Shown: one piece after another, positions 12,266-25,640 of the stretch
Layout of the letters: each line of letters starts with the position of its first letter
Position numbering within the stretch: the first letter of the stretch is position 1
From: Hamiltosporidium tvaerminnensis FI-OER-3-3
Taxonomy: Eukaryota > Fungi > Microsporidia
DNA length: 64,000 nucleotides
Reading direction: 5' to 3'
Assembly: GCA_022605425.2 (NCBI GenBank)
Contig: CM061251.1
Location: 62,001-126,000 of the forward strand
Translations under genes and position numbers: made by a program
Notes under the pieces: generated by a model
The model's database searches: none
Seen by the model: the letters and a program-made list of their open reading frames with translations, nothing else
What the model was told of the DNA's origin: nothing

Positions 12266-15200
12266 GGATTCTTAATATATATTTAAGTTTTCTTTTTCTA
12301 TCAAACTTTGATTTTTTAAAGACCTATACTTTCCTTTTATGGAAATTAGCTTTACTTAAATATCAAATTGTTTGATCAAATAAAGGATCAATATCAAAAA
12401 TATAATTTGTTATTAAATGGATAAATTGTTTTTTTGTACTAAATTTGTGTTGATAAATTAAAAACGTAAGCAAATAATAAAAAATTCAATATTTTCTAAG
12501 TCATTCAAAGTAATAACGGTCGTAATTTACAGTACAATTTTTTTTAAACAAAACTGTTTTTTTATTGAAATATTTCATTTCTCAACGCAAATGTCATATA
12601 TCATACAAAAATTTTAATTTTTTTATAAATTTAAATCTAAAAATTCATATATTTAGATTTTAGTTTTTTAGTTTTTTTTTAAAATATTCATAATATTTTT
12701 CAAAAAAAAATTTTGTTTATATTCCCAAATACAATATCAATAATACCTTTTAGGATATAAATATTTAATTTATATTGAAATATTTTTTTGTTTAAAAAAA
12801 ATCGAAAAGTCGATTTGATTTTCCAAAGAGTCATATCTTTAGATCAATATATTTTTTTTAATTTAAGAATTTACAATAACAAAAATATGAAGGTGTATTT
12901 TGAGTGGATTTTAATGTATAAATTAGTAAAAAAAATACCAAAATGTTTTATTTTTTTTTTCTTTCAACAATTACTATTTCGACATATTGATATTCTAAGA
13001 TCATCGTTTTCTATGTTTTTTATATTTGAGATTTTTTCAAGAAAAAGCAAAATATCAAGTCAAACCGTAAATTGTCTTTTATAAGAGTACAACCTATAGT
13101 TGTAAAACAGTTGCATATAGTAGTTATTTATATGAGAATAAATACAAAAAAATAATTATATATATTTACTGTCAATTTACTTCAGAATGCAATTTCTGAT
13201 AATAAAATTAATAGGATGCTTTGCATTATTATTCTGATTATGTAATTTTACAAAAATTATAAATATTTCATATTTTCTCTCAAGTGACTCAATTTATAAT
13301 TTTTCTGTTGTTTAAGAGTATAAAAAACAAAATATAGGATTCAATTGTCCTACTTTGTAAAATAGGTTATTAAGTCTACCAGTAATTCAAATTTCTACAA
13401 TATTATCTTAAATTCTCAATTCGTAATAGAGATTTCATTTAAAAATAGTATGAATTATAAATTATTTTGACTTTACAAAAATACAAATAAATTTAATTTT
13501 CCATGAATTGTTCTCCATTTAGAATTTTATCTTCCTAAAAAATATATGGATGTTATTTTCAAAAAACTTAAGCTTTGCTTAATATATTTACTTTAGTGCA
13601 TTTATATTTTTAACTATTTAATTTTAACTTCTGCCTAATTTCATAAATTCGTAACTTGGTAGTTAAAACGAAATTTTATATTCATTAAGTATAAATTCGA
13701 TTATAAATTTTTAAAATCTGAATTGCCAAACATTAAAGCACTGAATATTCTATTTATATATTACCTAAACCATGACCTTTGTTGATTTCCTATAAAAATT
13801 CGAATTGGTCTAAGAATATCTTTAAAAGAACTGTTAAAAGCAGAAATTTAAGTATTAGATGTTAGGTAAAAACTATTTTTATTATTTACATTTATTTAAA
13901 GTTTCCAGGTTGCCAAAATATGCATTTTTATACAAATATATTTTACTTCATATTATAACACCCCTTTAAGATATCACTAAAACTGCCTTTTATCTAAACC
14001 CAAAGAACCCGTTACGCTATGGCAAAAGTCCCCCTCTAAAATTACCTATAAGCTTAAAAAATTTGAATATTATCAGGTTCTTCTTGTTTCTTTATCATTT
14101 TCTTGTTATAGTACAAAATTGGTGCAATAAAGTACTAATAAACAGTGTAAAAAACCAAATATTTTTAAATCATTTTTGTTTTTCAAAAAATGAACTTTAA
14201 TATTCCGGAGGTGAAATAACCATATTAAAAACCATCTGCTCGGCAATGAGTCTGTTAAATTGGTGTGAAAATCATTTTGACATTTTAGTGGGATATAAAC
14301 CATACTGGATTTATCGGAAGAACCTCTATAGACCTGAGTTATAACAGATTAAAGGAAACAAATGAAATACAGATTATCTAAACACAATTACCCAGCATAA
14401 AACTAGGAACATGACTTATGAAACTTTAAAGGATAAAGCTTGACGAGGAAAATAGAAGTATCTATGAATGTTGAAATAATTTGACCTAGAAAACAGGGTT
14501 TACGTGAAAGGTAAATGAACTCCAAAAAGACTAAGACATTGATCAGCGACGGGATATGATGGCTTCCATTTGTTTATCCTCTACACCGAGTGAGTAAAGA
14601 GAGCAGTGAGTGTAAATATTTTAGTAGCTTAGGTCTTTTTTTTTATTTTTTTTTCTTGCAAAATATAAAAGAAGTGTCATATATAGAAGAATATTTAAAA
14701 TCCAAAGAGAAGATATAAACCAAGAAAACTAAGAAAAAATTAACATTCAATCAATTTTGATATTTTTCTTATTTTTATTTTTTGTAGTTTCATCTTTTCT
14801 AACTTTTTTAATCCATTTTTCAAATTCCTAGTGTTGAAATCTATTGGAATATATTATTTTTCCTCCAGACCGGTCGTATACTGCTAAAATGAAGCTTAAT
14901 ATAATTTTTCCCGATGCTTGTAATCTAATATGAAAAAATCTTCTGAATTTTAACATTAGCCAATGGTTATATTTAATAGAAGGACCTAATGGAAGGTTTT
15001 ATTTTTAAACAAAAGCATTTTATAGAATATTTGAGTCTTGGGGGGGGGGAGAAGGTCATAGACCATGTCATAATAAAACAAAACAATGATTATGAAAACG
15101 CTTATTTTCCAGTTTTACACTTATACGCTCTATAATTTTATGTTAAAAAAATTAAACAATTTTTTTTCAATTTTTAAGTACAAAATTGTAAAACAGAACT

Positions 15201-16749
15201 AAAATAGGAATAAAATTAATTACTTTGAAAATTAGGATTGATAATCCTTATTTTTGTATCTTTCTTTTAAACCCTATTCATTTAACATATTTGTTTCAGA
15301 AGTTTTTTATAAATACCTCTAATTGTTCTTTAGAATTTTCTTATATACATTTACAATAGATTTACATTGTACACCAAAAAGATATAAACAAATTTATCGA
15401 TAAATTATGTTTTGATTTTTCTTTTACTAACTGCATATTTTTCTGACAATACCATAACACCTTGTTTTTCCACAATCTTTTTTCACTTAAAATCGAATAT
15501 GTGTAATTTTTGAAATCATTAAATTAATTTTAAAAATCCCAGTATAATTTATTCTTAAAATTACAAAACTTGTAAGTTATTCACAACTATAAGATTAAAT
15601 TTGTATAACAAAATCAAGAAGATTTTTTTGACATTAAAATAAATTTGATTCTAAATTTTTCGTTTTCGGTTGCCAAAATTTTAAATGCAATCAATATTAG
15701 TCAATTAAAAAGTATTTAACAAAAAATGTTGGAATTTAGCCTTTTCGCCTGCATTGCCTATATTTACATATAATACACTTATATAAAATTTTAACTCGTG
15801 ATCTAAAACAACGTATCTTAAATTAAATCATGGATTATCTTGTGTAAAAAGTATTAATTCATTTCTAAATGACTCATTAGAACAGATTATTAATCCGTAA
15901 TACACACATTATTGTTTATTGCAAACTTAATATAATCTATTAGCATCAAAAAAATAGTTTAAGTTGTCTGTGTACTTATTATAAACGTTTTAATGCAAAT
16001 TTTTATGTTTCCAACCATAAATTTATTTATCGGTTTTATAAGCTGTATATAAATACCATCCCAGGATATCACATAATAAATTAATTATTCTGTTACACTT
16101 ATAAATAAGACCTAACTCATTTGCATTCTTTAGTTTTACTTGTTTATGAAAAACAAGGGTTTCAATAAACTAAAACAAGATTTAAATTTATGAAATATTT
16201 CATTACTTTATTTAAAAGAAATCAGCTGTATCAAAAGAAAAAAGAATCTTTCGAAAATTGGTTAAAGGTTGTTTTATTTCTAATAAAATTCAACCTTTTT
16301 ACCTTTTTATTTGCCTTTTTACAGGTAAATATATTTAGATTAATATTTTTACTGAATTATACGATTTGTTTAGTAAAGTATTTACCGTTTAAGAACAAAT
16401 TGAAGAATTCAAATGTACAAATCAAATTCTTAAAATAATTTTTAAACATCAAATCAAGTTTCATAATTCATTTTATTTAATGTTTAACTTAACAAATTGT
16501 GCTTTTAATTACTCCATTAAATTTGGTAGCTTTAAAAAAATTTTTTAAATAAAAAAACTAAAGAAAATAATTTAAATAATAACAATATCAGAACAAATTA
16601 TCAGTTAATTTTGTATCACTTTTCTTTTTCACTTTTAAAATTTGAGTTATAAGATTTTTCTACATTAAACAATTACTTTTTTCTTGAAATATTTTATTTA
16701 CAAAATATATAAAAACCACCCAAAAAAATCCATTATTTAAATAATTTTC

Positions 16750-17139
16750 ATGGCATTTTATACGAAAACGATACAAATACCTATTCAAATACATCCCGCT
16801 GATTTAAAGAGACCAGAAATATCAATAAATAATACATTAATGGATTGTCATTTGAAATATTCGTATAAATTACAAGGTGTACTTGTTTCGTTTACACTTT
16901 TGTCATTTTCAAAGACAGGTGAAATGCCATACGGTACACCATTTGTAAAATTACTGTGTAGAATACAATGTCTTGTTTTTCAACCAGAAATAGGCGAGAT
17001 TTTGGATTTTTGTGACGGTTTTTCGTATGGAATATTTAAAATAATGTGTGATGGTAATACTAACGGTAAGTGTATTGTAGAAGATGTTATTAAAGGAAAC
17101 GATGATACAATTCTTATTAAAGGAAAATATTTAGAATAA
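16750..17139 (+). CDS. RPA43: RNA polymerase I subunit A43 (Rpb7-like), shortened
   Basis: LKYSYKLQGVLVSF and TPFVKLLCRIQCLVFQPEIGEIL match the A43 N-terminal pattern (LKYxxxLxGVxxxY...PF...VxxPxxG). AATAAA overlaps the stop codon. Confidence 0.75.
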   Translation: MAFYTKTIQIPIQIHPADLKRPEISINNTLMDCHLKYSYKLQGVLVSFTLLSFSKTGEMPYGTPFVKLLCRIQCLVFQPEIGEILDFCDGFSYGIFKIMCDGNTNGKCIVEDVIKGNDDTILIKGKYLE

Positions 17140-17519
17140 ATTATTTAATTATAGAATCTAATTTTCAGAATCAAACATTTTTTTTACATATTAAATTTAC
17201 AATTAATTTAGATTTTCAATTCAAAATATTATTTTTATTCTTTTAATTTATCTAAAAAAATTTCTTAAAAACTATAAAATAAATTCCAAGTTTTCTTTAC
17301 ATTTTTTCTCAATAATTATCAAATATTGAAATATTCAATCATTTTTTAAAAAATACAAAGTAAAATTAAATTATTAGATTCTAAAAAAATTATTTTGAAT
17401 CAAATTTTAAAAGTACATTCTTTGGCGGGTAAAAAAAATATAATTTACTTCACATAGACACTCATTCCACATATATCATCAATATTATATTGAAATATGA
17501 GTTAACGGACTTTTCACTT

Positions 17520-18537
17520 TTAAATAATTCTTTCCATCATTTTAAACACTTCATTATCTTTCTCAAATCCGACTCTTCGTTTATTTTTATTGTCAGGTCC
17601 TTCACTGTGGTTACACCATCCAAAATAAGAGGTAAGTTATTTTTATATTTGTTTTAGCACCATCTTTTTAGTTGTATACTTTCATTAATAAAGGTGTTGG
17701 TTGTTCATAAATTTAAGCTCTTTCAATAAATCCTAATGAAGCTCTCTCCCAGCTTTATTTGGTATTTCGTCTTGCCTCAAGTCCTCTTCGTCGATCAAAG
17801 AAAATTATTTTGACAGTGTTCTTGAGCACTATAGAATGTATATGTGCATTCATTCTCGCCGTTACAGACCTTTACTAGGCTTAAACCTCCTCAGTAATAC
17901 CGCCTACAGGTTCTTTTTTTAGTGGATTTGTTTACATTTTCGAGTTTCGTAACAAGGTGGTTTTAAAGGATAAGTTCTTAGCCCCACGCCTAACCTTAGC
18001 CTAAAGGACTGGTCCCTTTTAGTCGCCTCTTACGACAAGCAAAGAATACACCAAGTCATTTCTGCTTCCGGCATGGTGGGAAAAATGTATATATGCCTCT
18101 ACATTCATGGGTATTTCTAGTCTTTTAAGATGAGATTTATGGTATTTTGTCACAATACCGTCCCAGGTCATCACATAAGGGATTATCTCAACACTACACC
18201 TATAAATAAGACCCAACTCATTGGCTAGCGGGTCATACTTCCTAAGTTTTTCAGTTTTAACTATTTGAAGTGAATCTTGGGAAGTGATTCCTACTTCAAT
18301 GAGTGTTATCTTATTCTTCTTCTTATCTAAAATAAATATGTCGGGTCTGTTATTCCGAATTTTGACATCAGTTTTTATCCTGGTTTCCACTCTTATCTCT
18401 GCCACACATTATCAAGAATTTCTTGAACTGAGTAATTTCTAATTCGTTTTGAAGACTTAAAACAATATCTATTTAGTAGGAGAAAGTGTATGCATAATAC
18501 CACTTCATTTTGTATTCTAGTATAATCATGACCAAGC
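17520..18537 (-). mobile_element. R4/Dong-like RLE non-LTR retrotransposon, 5'-truncated copy A, interrupted by a SINE
   Basis: Reverse complement of the 48820-49590 segment; encodes NNRPDIFILD...LIEVGIT. Split at 17848-18083. Confidence 0.9.
17848..18083 (-). mobile_element. Bipartite RTE-derived non-autonomous element (SINE-like), copy 1
   Basis: Homologous to 28477-28715. Flanked by the direct repeat AATGTATATGTGC (17835-17847) / AATGTATATATGC (18084-18096). Minus strand has TGTCGTAAGAGGCGACTAA near the 5' end and a ...CTGTAACGGCGAGAATGAAT tail. Confidence 0.8.
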
Positions 18538-18721
18538 TTATGCCATCAATATATATAAGAGACATTAAATTTTATTTTTAATATAAAATATTCTTTTTCT
18601 TAAAATAATTCTAAAAACAAATATAAGCATAATTAAAATAAATTTAAATAATCATTTTTAATTAGAATCTCACTTAAATTTATTTTACTTAGAAACAAAG
18701 TATATTAAGAAGTAGTAATTG

Positions 18722-19342
18722 ATTTAATAAAACTCTGGTTTAAAATATTTTTACCATTTTTATATATTTTCTTCTACCTCTTTAACCACTTTTGTCTCTT
18801 CTTCCAAATCCGACTCTTCATTTATGTTATTGGTCGGTTCCTCTAAAGTGGTTCCTCCTTGTGAAATAAAGGGTGCTTTATTTTTTGGTTTAAAATTTTT
18901 TGAACCATCTTCCTCTCTCTTCTCTTCTTTTAAAGGGGGTGTTGGTTCCTCATGCATCTCTGCTCTCATAATAACACCCATTGACGCTCTCTCCCAGCTC
19001 TCTTCGGCATTTAGTCCTGACTCAAGTCCTCTTCGTCGATCAAAGGAAATTGTTTCGACTGTCTTCCTAAGTACTATAGACTGAATGTATGCCTCTACAT
19101 TCATGGGTATTTCTAGTCTTTTAAGATGAGATTTATGGTATTTTGTCACAATACCGTCCCAGGTCATCACATAAGGGATTATCTCAACACTACACTTATA
19201 AATAAGACCCAACTCATTGGCTAGCAGGTCATACTTCCTAAGTTTTTCAGTTTACACTATTTTAAGTGAATCTTGGGAAGTGATTCCTACTTAAATGAGT
19301 GTTATCTTATTCTTCTTCTTATCTAAAATAAATATGTCGGGT
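18722..19342 (-). mobile_element. R4/Dong-like RLE LINE, 3' fragment, copy B
   Basis: Near-identical to the reverse complement of 44690-45305. ORF 18760-19212 encodes IIPYVMTWDG...ETISFDRRRG. Confidence 0.9.
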
Positions 19343-19384
19343 AGAAGTAGTAAAATTGGTAATTATTTATATTAATTTCATTAA

Positions 19385-19730
19385 AAATTTACTGCAATTA
19401 GAAACATATTATAGAAAATAAAGAAATGGCAAATATAAATGAAACAAGATTCATTAACAATAAATTTACTGCAATTATAAGCATATTATAGAAAATAAAT
19501 AAATGGCAAATATAAATGAAACAAGATTCATTAACAATAAATTTACTGCAATTAGAAACAAATTATAGAAAATAAAGAAATGGCAAATATAAATGAAACA
19601 AGATTCATTAACAACAAATTTACTGCAATTAGAAACATATTATAGAAAATAAAGAAATGGCAAATATAAATGAAACAAGATTCATTAACAATAAATTTAC
19701 TGCAATTATAAGCATATTATAGAAAGTAAA
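19385..19730. repeat. 77-bp minisatellite, ~4.5 copies
   Basis: ACTGCAATTA recurs at 19391, 19468, 19545, 19622 and 19699. Confidence 0.95.
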
Positions 19731-20137
19731 GTAACAAATTTATATTTTATTAAATATATTGTGTAATCAATGGCAATAAATTTATTATTAATGATTGCTT
19801 TACAAAAATAAATCTAAAAAAATATAAATTTGTTACTTTATTTTCTATAATTTTTAAGAAAAAATCTTATATTCTTATAAAATAATTTCCACATATATTA
19901 TATAACAAAATAATAAATTTTAACTACTACTATAGTTTACTAATAAATATATAAAATAAAAAAAAAGTTTGATACATTTTTTTAATCAAATTCTTAATCT
20001 TATTTCATTATTTTTTAATATATAAACTCTAAATTTATATCAATCATAGACATTTACTTATAACACTTCTATATTCAATATTATAATAACTTACACCTCT
20101 TTAAAAATAAAAGATTTATTTATGTATATTTAACACC

Positions 20138-20749
20138 TTACGGTTTCCTATATTGTCTTAATACGGTATAAATATTATCAAAGGCCTTATAAATGTCATC
20201 ACGTAGTTTGGCACCTGTAAGAACAACTTTACCAGAGACAAAAATAAGAAGAACAATTTTAGGATCAACCATTCTGTAGATAAGACCGGGGAATAGTTCA
20301 GGCTCATAACTACAATAAGCATTATGAGCAAAAGCCAGACCTTCAAGTCGTACATTGAAATTTATGTCACAGCTACTCACAATATTTTGTATTTTGAAAT
20401 CAGCAAATCGTGTATTAAAACCGAGTTTGTTGATTATACGAGAATATTTTTGTGCAGCCAATTTAGACGATTCTTCACTTTTAGCCCCGGTAATTACCAT
20501 TTTTCCGGACGCGAATATCAAAGCCGTGGTTTTTGGTTCACGTATACGCATTATAACAGCAGCAAAACGTTTTGGATTGTATTCTGCATTACGTGCACGG
20601 AGTGCGATAGATTTTAGATCGAGTTTGCAATTTAAGTTGACAGTTGCTACCACATTTTGTAGTGTAGGCATTATACCCGATTTGGTGCGTGGCTGCTCTT
20701 GAGTAGGTGTAGGCTTCTCGCGTACGTATGAAAGATTAGGAACGTCCAT
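20138..20749 (-). CDS. TBP: TATA-box-binding protein
   Basis: [41 protein letters not shown] and [13 protein letters not shown]. Confidence 0.99.
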   Translation of the reverse strand: MDVPNLSYVREKPTPTQEQPRTKSGIMPTLQNVVATVNLNCKLDLKSIALRARNAEYNPKRFAAVIMRIREPKTTALIFASGKMVITGAKSEESSKLAAQKYSRIINKLGFNTRFADFKIQNIVSSCDINFNVRLEGLAFAHNAYCSYEPELFPGLIYRMVDPKIVLLIFVSGKVVLTGAKLRDDIYKAFDNIYTVLRQYRKP

Positions 20750-21149
20750 TTTTTATTTTTATATTTAAAGGGCTAAAATTTAAAAATAAAAAGGAGAATG
20801 TTTCAGATTAAACCAATAAATTGTGGGAAAAAGGAGAAGGGGTTTCAATTTTTTAAAAAAATATTAAAATAAAATAATTTTAACGACTGGTACAATATTT
20901 TAAGGGAAAAACCGTATTTGATTTTTCTTTAGAAATATAAATAAAAATTCAAGTAAAAATTTTTTTTTTATATGCGAATTGATCACCAAATTGAAAGTAT
21001 TTTTCTATTAGTGTCATATTTAAGGAGAAATAATGTATCTGAAATATAATTCAGTACAATTTTAAAATGATTCGTTACTAACATATTTGGTTTGTTTCTT
21101 TTGAGATCATACACTTAATTATTGAAACTTAGCAATTTTCTTTTTCTAT

Positions 21150-21535
21150 CTTATGTTAAATTAATTGGTATTTGTTTTATTATTTTTTTAATTTCTATTG
21201 TATCTCTTCTTTAATTCTTTAATTGATATTTGTTCTTTAATTCATATTGTATCTCTTCTTTAATTGTTTTATTCTTTAATTTTTTTATATTTTTTATTTT
21301 AATTTGTTATTTAATTTTTTTATATTTTTTATTTTAATTTATTCTTTAATTGTTTTATGTTTTTTTTTATTCTTTTTTTACTTTTATTTTAATTTGTTAT
21401 TTAATTTTTTTATGTTTTTTTTATTCTTTTTTTACTTTTATTTTAATTTATTCTTTAATTGTTTTATGTTTTTTTTATGCTTTTTTATATTTTATATTTT
21501 TTATTTTAATTTATTATTTAATTTTAATAATGAAG
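21150..21535. repeat. T-rich degenerate tandem repeat / low complexity
   Basis: Recurring TTTTATTTTAATTT(G/A)TT and ATTCTTTAATTGTTTTATG units. Confidence 0.8.
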
Positions 21536-21932
21536 TGTATTGTTTTTTAAAACTAATATTAGTGCATCTTATTTTTTAAACTTAATGGTATTATATCCAA
21601 CCTTTCTATATTTAAATCAAATGTGATTTTTCTTGAAACAATCATAAAATATTTACATTTTTTTTTATTAATATTTGTAAAAAAAAATATTTCTCTTCAA
21701 ATGATAACAAATAGTATTTTATTATTGAATACTACTGATTTATCTTTTTTTATAACTGACTCTAGCGTAATTTAAACCTTCATTTTTAAGGGTTTATGCT
21801 TTAAGATTTAAAGCTATCTTTAAAAATATATTTGGTTATTTAAATTATCATTAATTTAAATTTCTAGCAGAATAATTAATTTTTAAATTCAATTTAAAAG
21901 AATAAAGAAATGTATTTCTATGTTTTCATTTT

Positions 21933-22110
21933 ATTTGTGAGACTTTTTTTTAGTATAAATCTATTTGTTTATGGTATTTGGACCTAGTGATTATTTTATA
22001 ATTTTATTTCTTAGTTATATTCTGCAACTTCATTAATTATTTGTGAGACTTTTTTTTAATATAAATCTATTTGTTTATGGTATTTGGACCTAGTGATTAT
22101 TTTATAATTT
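21933..22110. repeat. ~70-bp direct duplication
   Basis: ATTTGTGAGACTTTTTTT...GGACCTAGTGATTATTTTATAATTT at ~21933 and ~22039. Confidence 0.9.
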
Positions 22111-24199
22111 AAAATTATTTGTTTAATTATCCTTTGAATCTTAATATAAAGAAATATGCTTTCTTTAAAATTTAAAATTTTATGTCTTAGTATATATTCT
22201 GCAACTTCTTTAAATTTATATTTATTGCTTTTTAAGTTTATGTTTTAGCTTTTGTGCCTTATTTTAAGAACTATTTTATGTTTTAAATATATTAAAATAA
22301 TATCTCGTTCTCTTGTTAATAAATTTAATTTTTATATTTTGAAGATAACAGATTACATTGCTTTTTAAATGTGTAAATAGTTCTTAAGCTCGTGGAAATG
22401 AATGTAAAAACATTCAGAAGAAAAGGTAAAGAATATTCTTAAACTTTATTTGCTAGGCTATATTTTCTTAATCCTCTTCATCAGGATTCTATGTCTTTTT
22501 TATGTCTTTTGCTCTGATATTTTTTTAGTCTTTCATATCTGAATTAGTAGTCGCTATTTATTTATTTTCCAATAAAAATTCAGGATATTTTTATTGAGCA
22601 TAATTTTCTTCTTCTGATATACTGTAGTCTAATTTTTCAAAATGTTTGTCCTCTTTTTTTATTTATCCTGTTTTTTTACCGTCTATTTCTATTTACTTCT
22701 TACTTCTTTCTCTTTGTATATTTTTTCGTTTTAAAGGCTTTTTTTCTCAATAAAAAACCTGCTTTGCTTGTGTTATATTATATTATTAAGTCATTCTCTG
22801 TATAAGTTCCTAGCTATTTGTATTAAAAATCTTTAAATTTGATAAAGATATAAATTTCATAATTATTCAAGCAAAATAATTGTTTTAATAAATTTTTATT
22901 AAGAATATAAATAAAATATACAGAGAAAAGGCTAAAAAAACATTGTAATACCATACAAATGTTTATGTATTAGTATAACAACTTAACAGAAACTTTAAAT
23001 AAAAAGATTGAAATTAATTTTTTACTTAAAAAGTTAAAAAATAGATTCATAAATATTATTCAAATGACGTTATAGAATCTAGAAAGTATTTTTACAATAA
23101 TTAGTGCAAATATTTTTTTGAACGAATATAATATTTTAAAGTGTCTAAAGTTCTTTAGTTTTATAGACTATCATTGGTTGTATAAGATATATAAACAAAT
23201 CAAAAGAGTCATATTCTTAATAAGAACACTAATGTTGGTTTTTACATTTTTCTAATCGATTAAACATTTCGAGGTGAGTCTTCTTTCACATTCATCTTTG
23301 CGTTTTCGTTAAATTACTAAATTTAATTATAGATGATCAGATTTTAATTTTTTTTAGGCTCTGTTGTGTTTATAAACGTTTTTGTGGTTTTTTAGTTTTA
23401 TCTTTGTTTTATAGTGAGATTTTACAACACAAAAATAATAAGTCATATGAAGTATATGAGACTTAAAAGATCGAGTGTTTAAACTAAAATGTATTGTTTT
23501 GATCACTTTTATAAGATTTTAGTTCTTTGTTTATAAAAAAAAAATATGGTCTACTTTACAAAATTTCTAATATAACATTATTTAACTCTTGTATTTGGTA
23601 ATTAGTAATGTTGTACATATGAGATATAAAATATTTTTATATTTTAAAAGTTTAGAAAAAAAACAGAACACACTTCATATATGGTCTTTGGTTCTTGCTT
23701 AAAATCCACTTAGGATTCTAAATTTGAAAAAAATATCAAATTATCAGGACATTCAATTGATAAATATTTCAAGAAAAATATATATCAATTTTGTATTTTA
23801 TTTAAACGTTTTTTTAACAGAATTTATATATTTTTGATGTAAACCTATAATCAAATATCCGTAAATTTGAATTTTTTCAAAATTATTTGCACAGTGTCTT
23901 TAAATTATTGTTAATTGTTATCAAAGTATAGTTTTAGACCGAAATCACAGGAATAGATAATAAAAAGAAGGTATCTACTGTAAATTGACCTTCGAATTTC
24001 ATATAAATGTAATTTGATCGCTTATGTTCAGGTTTTAGCGCCTTTTTTATAATATAATTATCTAAACCAATCTTTTTGGCATTATTATATTTGTAATTAG
24101 TCAAATGAATTCTTGAAAAAATAAAAAGTACAAAAAAAATCTTTTTTTATGTGATTATAGATATTCTTGTCGTGTTCCGTTGTTCTTTGACATTTGAAA

Positions 24200-25640
24200 A
24201 TCCAGAAATATAATTTCGAATTAAAAAATGTATTTAGAACAAAAAAAGATTTATATATCCATAATTTGGCTAGATAACTATGAAAGTAGTTCATCTGATG
24301 TTGCTAAGCCAAATTTGTTTGTTATCAGATCGAAAAAGAAAAAATTTAAATACAATAGATGATGACATGACTTCGAAATTCCGATTTCACCTTCATAAAA
24401 GACCATTCCGAATAAAATTATGAAAATGATGTTGTTTAATCCAAATACAGAGCCTGAAGTCATAATTAAAAAAGAATTTGAAAATTTGAATGAGAAAATA
24501 GACGAATATATTGGAATAATTTAGAAAGGAAAAAGTTCAAAGTTAAAGAACCCAAAAATATACGATAACACCATAGGGATTAAAAAGGCGATAGAAAAAT
24601 TTGTTTCATTTTCCGATTCTTCGTTCAGGCAACATGCTGCTATAGAAGCAAAAAAAACATTTAAACATGGACAGAAGAAGTATTTATAGAAGAATTATAC
24701 CTAATGAGAAATTGTATAGAAACTGCCGATATTGACCGGCCAGGATTATTTGAGAAAATCTTTGAATTTTCTATCAAGTTAATCGAGGCTGAAAGAACAA
24801 ATTATTATTCTTTCTCCAAATCCGATATGGTTGAAAAGGCTAAAATATTGGGAGTTAAAAACAGGTTGAATAAAATTTCTTCTAAAAAAGAATATTTTCA
24901 CGTAATCGATTTAATTATATTCTAATTTCTTTATAAAGAAGATTTTCAATCTAAACTAAAAGATGGTTATGTCTTATACGTATATTTTTTATTTGAAGTA
25001 CTCGAGACGCAATTTAAAAAAATTTGTTAAAATATTCGGATTTGCAAAAACACACAAAAACTTCCAGATATACGCAAACATGAACATTGAATTCGAGAGC
25101 TGCCTTTTTTATTCAAGATTTACATTTTCAATCATTTTATTCGGATTCAGAGGAAACAATTTACGAGCCAATTTGTATTTCTCTTTAAGTACATTGAGTT
25201 ATTATGTTATTTACCAAAAGAGCATACTTTGATTTTTAAAAATTGTTTTTTCAAAATTTTAGTCAATATAATGTTTTCTCAGTGTTTTTATACTGATGAT
25301 AAAGACGTCGTCGCTTTGTTACATGCTGTTCTTGATTTGGAAAATGATGTTCTAATGCGGGCCACTGATGTTAATTTAACATACAAAAAAGTTTATGATA
25401 TTTTTTTAGGACATTTAAGCAATAGTTTTTTGTAGAGTAACCTTAAAACATTAAGAGTTTATCACTCAATTTACGAATTTGAGCTCGGTAATGAAGTATT
25501 AAAGCGAATACATGATGAAATAAACTTTTCAAACAAAGTAGATATCATCGCGCTCAGAGAATTGGATCAAAAAAAGTAGATGAGGATGATGATTACAGCC
25601 TTTATTGTTTATGAAACAATTAATTCAAAATTTAACTAAA
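24200..25640 (+). pseudogene. Disrupted member of a lineage-specific gene family (paralogue of 34900-36390)
   Basis: Fragments PGLFEKIFEFSIKLIEAER and KILVNIMFSQCFYTDDKDVVALLHAVLD align with PGFVDKNFEFSNKLIQIER and KIMLNIIYSCCFYIEIKDAVALLDSVID. Multiple stops and frameshifts. Confidence 0.75.

Noticed and set aside
14100-14620. piggyBac-like peptide YRGSSDKSSMVYIPLK on the minus strand
   Set aside because: It is one weak motif, with no TIRs or further transposase motifs.
15040-15049. G10 homopolymer as a G-quadruplex or PPT
   Set aside because: It is an isolated run without supporting context.
18019-18405. 128-aa ORF as a standalone gene
   Set aside because: It is a LINE endonuclease fragment reading into the inserted SINE.
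19385-19730. Regular repeats (also 56631-57590) as CRISPR arrays
   Set aside because: Units are contiguous tandem copies with no unique spacers, the context is eukaryotic, and there are no cas genes.
21304-21579. Phe/Leu-rich ORFs as membrane proteins
   Set aside because: They are translations of T-rich repeats.
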